Positions 21,101 through 29,828 of a stretch of DNA of 47,480 nucleotides are shown one piece after another (the stretch's first letter is position 1; each line of letters opens with the position of its first letter). A program made the position numbers and the translations under genes. The stretch lies in the IMG/VR virus record IMGVR_UViG_3300033562_000305; one strand, given 5' to 3'. The DNA is from a virus. The notes under the pieces are model-generated. The model searched no databases, was not told the origin of the DNA, and saw only the letters and a program-made list of their open reading frames with translations.

Positions 21101-22417
21101 AGCGGCATGACGGTGGCGCTCGATCAGGGCATGGCAATCTCCCGCGTCGCAATACAGCCGCGCAACCAGCGCCCCGTGCAGATCAACGCGATGAAGGTAT
21201 TCTTCTCGGCGGTCGAAAAGCAGGAACACCTTATCAATGTCGGACTTCACGCCAAGCTCCTCCATGGCGTCTTTATGAACCAGACCATGGGCGATGCGGT
21301 CCTCCCGAACATCGACCAGTCGCTCGGCAAGGAAGCCGTCGATTACATAAAGAACCAGATCGACACGATCACCAATCCGTCCCACTGGAGCGAGAAGGCG
21401 TCAGGCGGCAAGCTCCTCGGGGCGGCCCGCGGCTCCATCGTCATATCGAACCTCGCCTTCCGCTGGTCGAGCGTCGTCATGCAGGGGCTCACGAGCCAGC
21501 TTCCGTTCCTGTCGGAAGTGAGTGCGGCCCAGCTCCTCGCCGTCTCGACCGAGGCGATGACAGACATGCCCGAGTTCACCAAGCGCATGGAAGCCGAGTC
21601 GGCGATCCTGCGGCACCGGCAGATGACCGCCGAGGTCGCCTACCTCGAACAGCGGATCGAACAGGGCGTCGCCTCGAAGCTGGAAAAACTCTCGCAGATC
21701 GGCATGAAGCCCTTGACGTGGATTGACCGCTACTCGGTCGCCATCGGATGGGAAGCCGTGCGCCGGGCCGAGCTCGACGAGTTCCTGTCAAAAGGTGTCG
21801 AAGAGAACGATGCGAAACTTGCCGCGTCAGCCTATGCCGATGAAGTCATCATCAAGACCCAGCCGACCTCGGAAGAAGTGTACCGATCCCCGATGTACCG
21901 GAACATGAACGAGTATAAACAGCTCGTCCTCCAATTCACCCAGCCGTTGAACGTGATATGGAACAACCTGCGCAACGACATTCCTGATGCCGTGCGCGAA
22001 CATGAGTTCCGCAAGTACATGGGCTTCATCGCCGCCTACGCCCTCTCGGGGATCGCCGTATCAGCCATCGCCGTCGCGCGTGGGCGCGGGCCGGACGATC
22101 CCGACGAAGAGAAGTGGCTCCGCTACTTTCTGCACGCGACCACGACGCAGTTCACCGACTCCATCCCCCTCGTCGGCGGCATTGCCACGTTGTTGACCCG
22201 CAAGGCCATAGTGGGTGATACTGGGTACCTGAACGATATGAACATGCCAGCGGCTTCCGGCATTGCACGGGCAGGGGTGATGATGCTTGGCCAAGACCCC
22301 GACTACGGCAAGGTCGCCAAGACCCTTGGCACCTCGATCGGCCTGTTCGTCGGAGCCCCGGTCAAGGGCGCGCTGGACGTGTGGGAGCTGGGCAAGGCGA
22401 TAGCTGGCGAGGAGTAG
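15161..22417 (+). CDS. Giant (2418 aa) virion-delivered polyvalent-type protein with HExxH metallopeptidase-like and ParB-like motifs
   Basis: HEPVH at nt 17291-17305. ParB/Srx-like IVTGRHRLDLAKRLG within about nt 18032-18280. Hydrophobic segments at aa ~200-400 and ~2285-2410, plus long coiled coils. The position matches podovirus ejection proteins. Confidence 0.7.
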   Translation: MSDLFDALNTARQTETQFSPIADDGRMDIGGVKIDLKSAEHIIVSALEDEEERNFKARIAESAELDPAIDVSQAYARWDTAKAYAKMYNVPRSEAFANLERYDSDFFGRTPDYKTAPKAILDAGLAQVESMKIGKLYTELMLAEGLNGLIPGEGQVFSGPTAERAAEIEAEIEAIKEKMSGYSSDIIPRGALVSLAKKISSATPYTVSILGTTAAAGAAVTAAGATFGLSSGLAMATIKSSIVSLVGFTAGFRIMVGLEYGEMIDRGIDPKEAAKWATLSGAGQAAIEQFLGIEGAISGKMSKGVIGRVTERFIEKLHVSGALTTAAKIYGARVAFSAIGEAGEEGGGALLSGIATLMAQSATEEGLVIDPIRASTIAKNIATSMIEAAITAPFLGLAPDILMTISDTKKLSKLAGMAPVLPKEEFIDYGMESGALDGVELPDDKKRAALGTLYDHQTKTAEEQALAGAEATRKAATEGAKPESVVRRDDGTLRVDAEDSGITSDGTQSVTFTAGAARGKGDVYGSMSAKVTEDTVTLTDSDIDAEHLPLAGEVIGQIAARYPGRQILIGEKADEGIKAAYEQFVRERTDNPFVESDTRDPEVATLLEQHRSKLLADGVDRKAVSVAVAMFDIMSQAGANRTGKSQAEFLRSFDVAGNYVDGTFPPDTKVGGYLSKYKLASLDASSTKFAKAIIAIFSKSDPVYQVETASHEPVHLFRSWMSDNARDGIFSEFEKEYGVVDGKWTEEADELFVEDWTRWLREKQAVTGAKSTIFERLSRLLRALYTSMTGYAPLPPKLRAEFDSLMEGVSVEVAKKGWNTDERASAPYITRGERGEHPVTQKYREAEKARYDVSQKIIADAAKAQGEADFKATEEALKEAAAQYKDDLQVELEAAVQPPASVLTAPLTEDGEHFAETPEAEKTTSALNKERFETVEYDLARIEHDPELKNFKRMANKKTGVVIPIHSDKYERMGTAPIVIWERLDGRTVIVTGRHRLDLAKRLGEQTIPSQIVTEAEGFTLAMAKAFDAESNIRDEQGSVEDYVTYFRFSGISESDARAKGLLGRTKGSAGFAIANYASEGLYSLYMAGDITETRAAVIATVGRGKPWLQAEGIKVAKNKNMSIDSLASYLEVAGMETSGGMGDVDGGFGEDDWFKNDADAIAQQKRWLSMGEAVANRMAELRNEERLLNAGIKSGGASAKEYLEKYGSRSGDIESMKKRYEELYFELKGWESGWTQNPYRVNEAKKLAGLKYDETLVEPDLRVRDRDKEERGQEMLFNISERSAIEARQAQIEDGTWVANPQLVAEIKVSKGIELSQYESDLLSVAEQYSESNGKPDLLFNISGDNTGEKRAYADQFAEARNYASFESWLDAMFASKEALTENDREWLRARYENAQSTLNKPRKYAKSGDFAKAMSTRGGVASFVSQLERAIYGRGRYESDVTKARAKKIESAISRTPELKRLVGELHTEGKVPSPQSARQLLRDMKEYEALYKYLYAVLQTDEVLAHEALDDMKEVPELIKRELTGNAARTIAEQQYIIDALRFDQKYDRIASGEATLSDIDAFIEDVKAFKDEEMEEFADSAKAEAKLAMDRQKDKERARDALRKLRSEMARLRKFIFTEPSARIDLEQASVIRYIQQYLRAGKPVDPKSLRMAGSYIFTSMPGLAEVIAQSVDSVSGKDFSQWSMDEVRSIASIMADLADLGREALRGKELEFGYNAKSKRGLINSAMRNSKYHLPPVMKDSEEDIERRGKNRLRKALFDADRPDAWIKKYLGKDAYDLLFSNTVDAHRLKYENYDRRINPVVDYIDKHDMVKSGSMFRKIFARGIGPEGTDATITGAELLGIRLLYGDYHGGNDYNTEQREAFIYGNLFSADEKNVDGNLTQERELATNQKMRDAYKEKCEKVEALLKANLSAEEEELARLMVGVSDNDQDWGRFAKAIYMLTNKEPSKNRFYFPIFRSGVFGKGEDDIIDSLAASGMTVALDQGMAISRVAIQPRNQRPVQINAMKVFFSAVEKQEHLINVGLHAKLLHGVFMNQTMGDAVLPNIDQSLGKEAVDYIKNQIDTITNPSHWSEKASGGKLLGAARGSIVISNLAFRWSSVVMQGLTSQLPFLSEVSAAQLLAVSTEAMTDMPEFTKRMEAESAILRHRQMTAEVAYLEQRIEQGVASKLEKLSQIGMKPLTWIDRYSVAIGWEAVRRAELDEFLSKGVEENDAKLAASAYADEVIIKTQPTSEEVYRSPMYRNMNEYKQLVLQFTQPLNVIWNNLRNDIPDAVREHEFRKYMGFIAAYALSGIAVSAIAVARGRGPDDPDEEKWLRYFLHATTTQFTDSIPLVGGIATLLTRKAIVGDTGYLNDMNMPAASGIARAGVMMLGQDPDYGKVAKTLGTSIGLFVGAPVKGALDVWELGKAIAGEE

Positions 22418-22421
22418 AACG

Positions 22422-23837
22422 ATGGCGAAGGTCCGGCAACATGATGGCGACCTGTATGTGTCCGGCAACCTTCGCGTCCTCGGCGGCATCCAGAACGTCA
22501 AGAACTCCGAGACCGTCACCCGCGTCGCCACGAGCGAGGCGGCTATCGCAACGGTCGAAGCCACTGTTGTCGAGCAGACAGAACAGCTCACCGAGATAAG
22601 TGGGGAGTTGGCCGAGATACATGACCCGAACCAGCTCACCACCCAGCTCAAGCGCGGAGCCCAGATTCAATGGGAAGCCGTGGTTGAGCTGAACACCGCC
22701 ATTCTTGCGGCCATGACCAAGGTCGGGCTTCCGACGAGCAACCAGACCTACCTCAATTATGACTCGGTGTACGACTCGCTATACGCATACCTTTTCACAA
22801 ACCCTGCGTGCCTTGCTGACCTGACCACAACGACGACGATCAATTATGTGACGTTTGCAAGCCTCTGGAAGGCAGAGGTCGAGAAGCGCGAGGCTCTCTC
22901 GACCCTGATCCAGTCGTGGGGCTACCTCCATGGTACCGAGGATGCCGCCGCGAGCGCGACAAGGATTCCGGTTCCTCCGGTTGTAACAGCAAACATCATG
23001 TTCAATACCGCCTACCTCCGGTGGCCAATTCAGGCTGGACTCACGGGTGAAGTGACCCACCGGATCGAGCGCTCCGACGCCTCAAACTTCGCCACGCATA
23101 CTGACGTAGCCACAATCTTCGGGAACGCCTACACCGAGGAGGGGCTCGCCCTCAACGGCACCGACGACGCTCCTACTTCCAGAACCTACTACTACCGCGT
23201 CGTGCGGATCGTGAACGGTACTGTCGAAAGCAGTCCTTCGACGGTCATCTCGGTAGTCGCGGCCTCTTTGAGCCCGAAGGCCATAGCGGCCAGCGCAATC
23301 AACGCGGCCAAGTTGGCCTCTGGTGCCGTGGCGGACATGACCAAGTTTGCCAGCACGATACGACCGCCGAGGGTGGTGGCCACGGTGCCTACCGATTTTA
23401 CGCCATACGTCGCCGGTGACACGGTGGTCTGCACGGGAGACAATAAGCTGTACCGCTTTACCGGCACCGCCTTTGTCTCGTCGGTTCCTACCGGAGACTT
23501 GACTGGAACCGTTGCCGGGAGCCAGATCGCTCAGGAAGCCATCGACATGACAAAGATGGCGGCATCGATCAGGCCACCAAGAGTATTGGATGGGCCATCA
23601 TTGCCCGGAACGCCGTGGACGGGGTACACTACTGGCGACCTCGTGGTGCTGACGAGCGATGGACTTCTGTATCGATTCACCGGCTCTGGCTGGTCAGGGG
23701 CCGTTGTCAATATAGACAACCTTCCGGGCCAGATTTCATCAAGCCAGATAGAGAATAGTGCCGTAGGGATGAACCAGATCGCGTCCGGTGCGGTGACAGC
23801 GGAGAAGATGCTGTCGAACCGGCACTACATTTCCTAG
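22422..23837 (+). CDS. Tail fibre or appendage protein with an FN3-like domain and an internal tandem duplication
   Basis: 471 aa. FN3-like segment at aa ~183-280 (AYLRWP...YYYRVVRIVNG). Two copies of the motif DMTK.A..IRPPRV...GD.VV...D..LYRFTG. Fibre-type A.I.A.K repeats are present. Confidence 0.65.
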   Translation: MAKVRQHDGDLYVSGNLRVLGGIQNVKNSETVTRVATSEAAIATVEATVVEQTEQLTEISGELAEIHDPNQLTTQLKRGAQIQWEAVVELNTAILAAMTKVGLPTSNQTYLNYDSVYDSLYAYLFTNPACLADLTTTTTINYVTFASLWKAEVEKREALSTLIQSWGYLHGTEDAAASATRIPVPPVVTANIMFNTAYLRWPIQAGLTGEVTHRIERSDASNFATHTDVATIFGNAYTEEGLALNGTDDAPTSRTYYYRVVRIVNGTVESSPSTVISVVAASLSPKAIAASAINAAKLASGAVADMTKFASTIRPPRVVATVPTDFTPYVAGDTVVCTGDNKLYRFTGTAFVSSVPTGDLTGTVAGSQIAQEAIDMTKMAASIRPPRVLDGPSLPGTPWTGYTTGDLVVLTSDGLLYRFTGSGWSGAVVNIDNLPGQISSSQIENSAVGMNQIASGAVTAEKMLSNRHYIS

Positions 23838-23852
23838 AAGAAGGGGTATCGT

Positions 23853-24923
23853 ATGCCGAATATAATCACGAACCAGAGGTACTTCAAACGCTATCCGTTC
23901 GAGGGAACTTCACTACCGGCTGGTTGGGGCGTCTCGGCGCTCGGTACCGGCATGGCGGTCGCCGTCGCTGGCGGTGCCATGACGATCACGACTGGCACGA
24001 CCGCAAGCGCGATCACCCGCGTGGCCTGCTCCATCTCATTAATTCCCCGGTGTCGTATCCGCTTCATCGCAAAACTGAGCCAGCGTATTGCCAATCAGAC
24101 GTTCTACCTCGAAGTACGCAACGCCGCAGGCACGACCTATGCCCGGTACAAGTTCACCGGAACCACGAACACGGTGTGCGCAGTAGAATCGGCATACGCA
24201 GGTGTAGCAAACACCGGGAAGAGCCCCGGCACCATCGGAGCGACTTCCACCTCGAACCTGTACGATATCCGCCTCGACATGGATCGTGCAATCTACTCGA
24301 TCATCGCCGCCGATGCCGCTTCGATCATGTCACCCTCGGTGGTGTTCGACCGCAACGTTCCTGCCAACGAGGACGAACTGTATATCGAAATCCGCGCGGA
24401 GAACGGTGGAACCGCACCGGCTTCAACGACTACGCTGACGATTGAGTCTGTGATGATTTCCGACATGGAAAACGTCGCAGTCGAAATAGTCCCCGGTCAG
24501 GCGATCCAGAACTCTGCCACGGCAGTCCCGATAGTATCAACGGGCGGAAGCGTATCGGTGTCTGGCTCCGTCACGAACACGCCGGTTACTTCTTCCGCCT
24601 CAACCATCGTAGCCGCCGCCAGCACGAACGCAACCGTTGTCAAGGCCTCAGCGGGAACCCTATTTAATATGAATATCTCGAACGAACACACAGCTGCCCA
24701 GCATGTGAAAATATACAACAAGGCAACCGCACCGACAGTCGGCACCGACCAGCCGGTGTTGACAATTCCGGTTCCGGCTTCGAGCAACGTCCAGATTCAC
24801 TTTGGAGCAGTCGGACTTCGCCTGAGCGCCGGTATCGGTCTGGCTATCACCGCACTCATGCCGTACACCGATACGGGAGTCGCAACCGTCAACGGCGTCC
24901 GCTGTTGCACCGAGTTCGTGTAA
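23853..24923 (+). CDS. Virion structural protein, possibly a receptor-binding or fibre accessory protein
   Basis: 356 aa, beta-rich and T/S/A/V-rich, located between two fibre genes. Confidence 0.45.
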   Translation: MPNIITNQRYFKRYPFEGTSLPAGWGVSALGTGMAVAVAGGAMTITTGTTASAITRVACSISLIPRCRIRFIAKLSQRIANQTFYLEVRNAAGTTYARYKFTGTTNTVCAVESAYAGVANTGKSPGTIGATSTSNLYDIRLDMDRAIYSIIAADAASIMSPSVVFDRNVPANEDELYIEIRAENGGTAPASTTTLTIESVMISDMENVAVEIVPGQAIQNSATAVPIVSTGGSVSVSGSVTNTPVTSSASTIVAAASTNATVVKASAGTLFNMNISNEHTAAQHVKIYNKATAPTVGTDQPVLTIPVPASSNVQIHFGAVGLRLSAGIGLAITALMPYTDTGVATVNGVRCCTEFV

Positions 24924-24932
24924 GGAATAGAA

Positions 24933-27900
24933 ATGGCATACGCTGTAGTTGACAACAGTCCGGGCCTCGGGTACATCTCATGGACAGGTGTGTCGATCAC
25001 CTACATGGGCGTAAAGTATGCAATCACGAACGGTCAGTCATGCTACAGGTATGTGTTCTGGAAGCTGGCAAGCCCGACGGTATTTCAGACCAGCGATGCC
25101 GCACCAGTCCTTTCTGAGACCGACTGTATAGTATTCATCAACAACGGCGGCATTGCCTTCTCTGTCCTTGATTCTGACGTGATGCACGGTGATGTTCTCG
25201 TCGATGGTTCCATTGGCGCGCGTGCAATCGCGGCTGGAGCGATCAGGGCCGACCACATCGCGGCTGGAGCGATCACCGCTGACCATATCGGCGTCGGAAC
25301 CATCGACGCCAAGCACATGAAGATTGATTCCATCGAGGCTGACTTCATTCAGGCTGGGGCCATCGTAGCTGGCAAGGTGGCCGCTGGAGCCATCGGTGCC
25401 GACGAGATAGCCGCTGGCGCCATCGTCGTTGGGAAGCTCGGTGCCGGGGCCGTCGAGCGGGTAACGATAGCCAACGGAGCCATCGGCGCTGACCAGATAG
25501 AAGTCAACTCAATTACCGCAGGACAGATCGCGGTCGGTGCCATCGGGGCCGACCAGATAGCGTCCGATGCCGTAACTGCCGGTAAAATCCTTGCAGGCTC
25601 CATCCTCGCCAGCAAGATCTCGGTCATCGCCGCAGACCTCGTGAACAATGTCACGCTAAACGGAAAACTCAACGGATGGGGATTGGTTGCCGAGGACGGT
25701 ACCGGAACGCCGGTCTATTCGACGTATGACGCCACCGAGAAGGCTATCAAGGTAACTACGACGCTGAACGCCTCTGTCCGTAGCATCGGATTCAAGGTTG
25801 ACCACAGCAAGATTTACCGTGTCTCATGCCGGATCAAGAAAAGCGCGGCCAATGGCAATACCTATATCGGGTTGACAGGATCACCGGCCGCTATAGCCGG
25901 AACTGACGACACAAGTAGCGGTTCTGGTAGCGAGCTTATATCCTCAATCAACCAGACGACAAGGGTGGTTTCAGCAGGAGTAGCGAACTTCTACAATAAA
26001 GGCCCGACAGCTGGTACTACTTCGTATGTCGAAAGCATATTCTTTATTGTGGGTGCGCGCCGTTCAGAGCTTGAGTTCCCAGAAGGCGCTACAACCGCCT
26101 GCGCAAAGCTCGCCGAGACCACGAATTACCTCGCGCTCCGCTTCCTGAACTGGGATAACACAGTCTCGACCTCGATGTATGTCCGCGACATATCGGTCAC
26201 GGAAGTCGGCGCTGGCATCATCGTGGCCGAGAACATAAAAGCCGGGGCGATCATTGCAGGGAAGCTTGGCGTCGAAGCTGTCGATGCTGGGAATATCAAG
26301 GCCGGGGCAATCACAACGGGACAGCTTGCGACTGGTGTCATAACCTCACTGACCAATGCCGACAGTGCCGCGAATGGTACGGCTTTGTACCGGAATACAG
26401 ACCCGCCAGACGGAGAACTGACGATAGGAAATGTGACCGCCGTCAATAACAATGACGGGTCGCGGAATGTCTCGATACAGTACACCTTCTCGGCGGCTGG
26501 GACGCTACCTTCCGACTTCATCGTCCTCCTTGTCAACTTCTCCTCGACAGACCCGTCGCTCGACGTTGCCGACCTCCGCCTGACCCTGCCGCTTCCCGCC
26601 GTGAACCCAACGGCACGCACCTACGTCCTCGATGGTGTTCCTGCCGACAAGGCGATCAAGGCCGCAGTAGCGCTGGCGAGGAATACAAGTGGTGGCGTCA
26701 AGTTCAAAGCCCCGGTACAGGCTACCGTTCTCGCCGCTGGAACCGTCTCGATCACCGCAGGAGGCACGTTCTCTGGTACTGCCAGCGGGACAGTAACCGG
26801 CGACGTGACCGGAAAGGTCAACAACGTACCAGTTGCGACCGTGACAAGCGGAGCGGCCAATGGACAGCTTGCTTTTTCTGGAACGGTGAACGTTCGGAGC
26901 AACACTGCTCCATCCAACAACGCTGTACTCGGTACTTGTAGCCTTGCCGCTGTAACCGACGGCTCTGTCATAGGGACGGTAGCCTATACCTATGCTCAGG
27001 GGACTATCCCTGCTGACGGCATCCTTGTGTACTTCCGCGAGGGTGGCGGAACAGTTCTGACCTCAGACCCGTGCGTTATGGTGAACCCTATCTCTGGCAC
27101 CATGAAGTTCTCGCTGAAACCCGGAGTCATTTACAGTTTTGGCGTGCAGGCTATCCGGTCGAGCGACGGTGGGTATCAGGCTTTTGCGACCATTGCGCAG
27201 AGTACCAACCAAGCGGCTGTCGCCGGAAACATTACGGTGGCAATAGGCGGAACCGCCCTGATAAACAGTGTTGCGGCATCTACCGTAACTGGTAACGCCG
27301 CCAATGGAGCCGCCGTCAACACTTGGCTCGACACAACCGCCCCGGTTGGTAGCTTCTCTGGCCATAATACAGTAGCCCTTACCCAGAACGCCGATGGCTC
27401 GGTCAACCTCGACCTCTCGTGGGCCTTTGCCCAGTCAGGGAAAGTAGCAGACCGTCTCCTCGTTGCAATCAAGAAGGGAACCGTAGCAAGCCTCCCCGGA
27501 CAGGTACTACTGACTGACATTACGTCCGGCCTCGTTGACGTATACGAGTATCCAATCGGGGCTACTGCCGCCAAGATTATGGGCCTTCCGATAGCCACAA
27601 TGGTGGCAGGAGTCTCGACCAAGGTCGTCTATTCTGCTGGTATCGCCTGCGCCAAGCCGACCATCGGCGGAACAACAGCCATTTCTGCGGTAAGTTGTCC
27701 TGACCCGGCATGGCGAAACAAGACCGTCACCGAAGTGAAGATGGGCGCAAACGCCGATAACTTCTGGGACTTGACTACCGGAGAACTCAAGGCCACCATT
27801 GGCACAGACAAGACATTCCATCTCGATCCTGTTTCTGGTGATGCAGAGCTTACGAATGTTCCCATTCGCTCATACCAAGGTACGGGGGCACAAAGACGTG

Positions 27901-29276
27901 CGACACAACTCGATAATGATTCTCTGGATTTCATTGATTGCCCTGATACTTCACCTGCTACTGATGAGCTGCTCGTCGCCCGTATCGGACGGCTTGGGGT
28001 AGGTGGAGCCGTCCTCATGGATGGCGATATTAACGTACCGATAGAAGACGGCTGGGGTTCTGGAACGCTCATATCAAGTGGAACTTCGAGATTTCCAAGC
28101 ACCATTGAGATGTCAAACAGGACAAGGCGACTTGGATATGGATTGTCTGGAACTGGATATGTTGAAAGACTAGATACTGGTTCTGGCTTCGGAAGCGCCA
28201 CAACGATACATGCGGCGACTTCACAAGTCCTTGAAAGCGATTATATAGAAAGGACGAACGGAGAAGTACGTTTTTGTTTTATGGTTTTTCAGTCAATAAA
28301 TAACTATTACATATATGAAAAACTTCTTGTCAATGGTGTGTGGGAAACAACTCCGCGAGGTGTTGTTACTGACTTATATGTATGGTCGTGCGCCTATGGT
28401 GAGCTGAGCGATGGTACGTTAATAATGGGCTATCAGCGATCGGCAGATGGTCACTATTTTATCAGGCAATATAACGATGATACTGACACTTGGGGCGCTG
28501 GCGTTGAGATCACGAGCTTCGCGGTCAACTTCCCTGACTTGTTTAAAGATAAAGATGGGGTGTTTCATTTAGCTTATTCAGTGAATACCACTTATTATCT
28601 TTATGAAATACTTTCTTCCGACAACTGTACAACATGGTCGGCTACTCCATTGTTGATTAAGAGCGGTGCTGTCACAAGATATGGAAAGTTCGCTGATACA
28701 TTTAATGGCGACATAAAAGTTATCTATCAAGATCAACCGACAACAGAGATACGATTCAAGGAAAAAATAGATGGAGTGTGGGGGGCGGAGCAATCTACTG
28801 ACCTATTGGGGTTTGATCCATCATTCACTCTTTTTAACGATGGGTCATATTGTATATTTTTTACTGGGTCTGCATATTCTGGCGTTTATCAGGCGTTCAA
28901 ACTAGCTTATGCCCAGATCGGCGCGGGGATCATTGAGTCTGGCGGCAACGATACCAACGGGCGGTACATCAAGTACGGCGATGGGACGATGGTGCAATGG
29001 GGAAGGAAAAATCTATCAGCACCAAGCCTTTTTTCCGCTAGTGGTACGTATACATTTTACGAAGGCCCTACTTATACGGTGACGCTACAACAAAGTTTTT
29101 TCGATACAAAATATTGCGTAGTTGCAAACGCATTTCTTAATGGTAACGCAGCGGCAGGAACAATATCTATCAGTGCGGAAGTGATAAATAATATTAGCTT
29201 CGGTGGACGCACTAATTCAGCATATAATTACACGCCAACGATGACGTGGCAAGCAATCGGAAGGTGGAAAGCATGA
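24933..29276 (+). CDS. Main tail fibre or spike (1447 aa), mosaic
   Basis: AGAI.AD.IAAGAI shaft repeats at aa ~95-235 and ~430-470. Asp-box-like SSDNCTTW at 28614-28637. C-terminal knob motif NGRYIKYGDGTMVQWG...AIGRWKA. The 3' third has low GC. Confidence 0.85.
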   Translation: MAYAVVDNSPGLGYISWTGVSITYMGVKYAITNGQSCYRYVFWKLASPTVFQTSDAAPVLSETDCIVFINNGGIAFSVLDSDVMHGDVLVDGSIGARAIAAGAIRADHIAAGAITADHIGVGTIDAKHMKIDSIEADFIQAGAIVAGKVAAGAIGADEIAAGAIVVGKLGAGAVERVTIANGAIGADQIEVNSITAGQIAVGAIGADQIASDAVTAGKILAGSILASKISVIAADLVNNVTLNGKLNGWGLVAEDGTGTPVYSTYDATEKAIKVTTTLNASVRSIGFKVDHSKIYRVSCRIKKSAANGNTYIGLTGSPAAIAGTDDTSSGSGSELISSINQTTRVVSAGVANFYNKGPTAGTTSYVESIFFIVGARRSELEFPEGATTACAKLAETTNYLALRFLNWDNTVSTSMYVRDISVTEVGAGIIVAENIKAGAIIAGKLGVEAVDAGNIKAGAITTGQLATGVITSLTNADSAANGTALYRNTDPPDGELTIGNVTAVNNNDGSRNVSIQYTFSAAGTLPSDFIVLLVNFSSTDPSLDVADLRLTLPLPAVNPTARTYVLDGVPADKAIKAAVALARNTSGGVKFKAPVQATVLAAGTVSITAGGTFSGTASGTVTGDVTGKVNNVPVATVTSGAANGQLAFSGTVNVRSNTAPSNNAVLGTCSLAAVTDGSVIGTVAYTYAQGTIPADGILVYFREGGGTVLTSDPCVMVNPISGTMKFSLKPGVIYSFGVQAIRSSDGGYQAFATIAQSTNQAAVAGNITVAIGGTALINSVAASTVTGNAANGAAVNTWLDTTAPVGSFSGHNTVALTQNADGSVNLDLSWAFAQSGKVADRLLVAIKKGTVASLPGQVLLTDITSGLVDVYEYPIGATAAKIMGLPIATMVAGVSTKVVYSAGIACAKPTIGGTTAISAVSCPDPAWRNKTVTEVKMGANADNFWDLTTGELKATIGTDKTFHLDPVSGDAELTNVPIRSYQGTGAQRRATQLDNDSLDFIDCPDTSPATDELLVARIGRLGVGGAVLMDGDINVPIEDGWGSGTLISSGTSRFPSTIEMSNRTRRLGYGLSGTGYVERLDTGSGFGSATTIHAATSQVLESDYIERTNGEVRFCFMVFQSINNYYIYEKLLVNGVWETTPRGVVTDLYVWSCAYGELSDGTLIMGYQRSADGHYFIRQYNDDTDTWGAGVEITSFAVNFPDLFKDKDGVFHLAYSVNTTYYLYEILSSDNCTTWSATPLLIKSGAVTRYGKFADTFNGDIKVIYQDQPTTEIRFKEKIDGVWGAEQSTDLLGFDPSFTLFNDGSYCIFFTGSAYSGVYQAFKLAYAQIGAGIIESGGNDTNGRYIKYGDGTMVQWGRKNLSAPSLFSASGTYTFYEGPTYTVTLQQSFFDTKYCVVANAFLNGNAAAGTISISAEVINNISFGGRTNSAYNYTPTMTWQAIGRWKA
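25380..25519 (+). repeat. Left copy of the diverged inverted repeat (fibre shaft codons 150-196)
   Basis: The reverse complement of 33271-33462 aligns here. The longest perfect block is 29 nt (aagctcggtgccggggccgtcgagcgggt). Confidence 0.9.
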
Positions 29277-29608
29277 AAATAAAATATAGCCCTTGCAAAT
29301 GGAACCCCTATGCCGCAAGCCAGTTTGACATATCGACAAAGCCTGATACCGATATAATCATAACCGGAGACAACTCGCTCATCATCGACGGTAACGAATA
29401 CGACTTCGACGAAACAACAGTCGAATGGCCACAGCGAAACTGCATGAAACCCGACAGCCCGCCCGGACTCATGGAGCTGACCGATGGTAGGATACTTGAG
29501 GCGCACCGGGAGAACGGAATCCTGCATCTGACTGTGCGGATATTCTACACAGGCGGGATGCCACCGAATTGCGACGTACAATACCACGAGGTGCAACCAT
29601 GCTCTTGA
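29273..29608 (+). CDS. Hypothetical protein, candidate fibre chaperone or assembly protein
   Basis: The ATG overlaps the fibre stop (ATGA). Its 5' part shares the low-GC composition of the fibre's 3' module. Confidence 0.5.
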   Translation: MKIKYSPCKWNPYAASQFDISTKPDTDIIITGDNSLIIDGNEYDFDETTVEWPQRNCMKPDSPPGLMELTDGRILEAHRENGILHLTVRIFYTGGMPPNCDVQYHEVQPCS

Positions 29609-29814
29609 CCGGACTCACACAAGCCGACGTGGACAAGCGTAAGAGCGAAGCAGACAGGCAGGCGGAAATCACCACGCTCTCGACCTACCTCACCAGCACC
29701 GACTGGTACGCCACGCGCATGGCCGAGACAGGCAAGGCGATACCGGAGGTGATACTGACCGAGCGACAGGCGGCACGGGATCGAATATCTGAACTTAAAA
29801 TAGCTACTGCGTAA
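29599..29814 (+). CDS. Tail-fibre assembly chaperone-like protein
   Basis: 71 aa. The pattern LTSTDWYATRMAETGKAIPEVILTERQAARDRI resembles the tail assembly chaperone pattern (..TDW...R..E.G....E....R...R..I), recalled from memory. Confidence 0.5.
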   Translation: MLLTGLTQADVDKRKSEADRQAEITTLSTYLTSTDWYATRMAETGKAIPEVILTERQAARDRISELKIATA

Positions 29815-29828
29815 GAAAGGGCTTCCCA

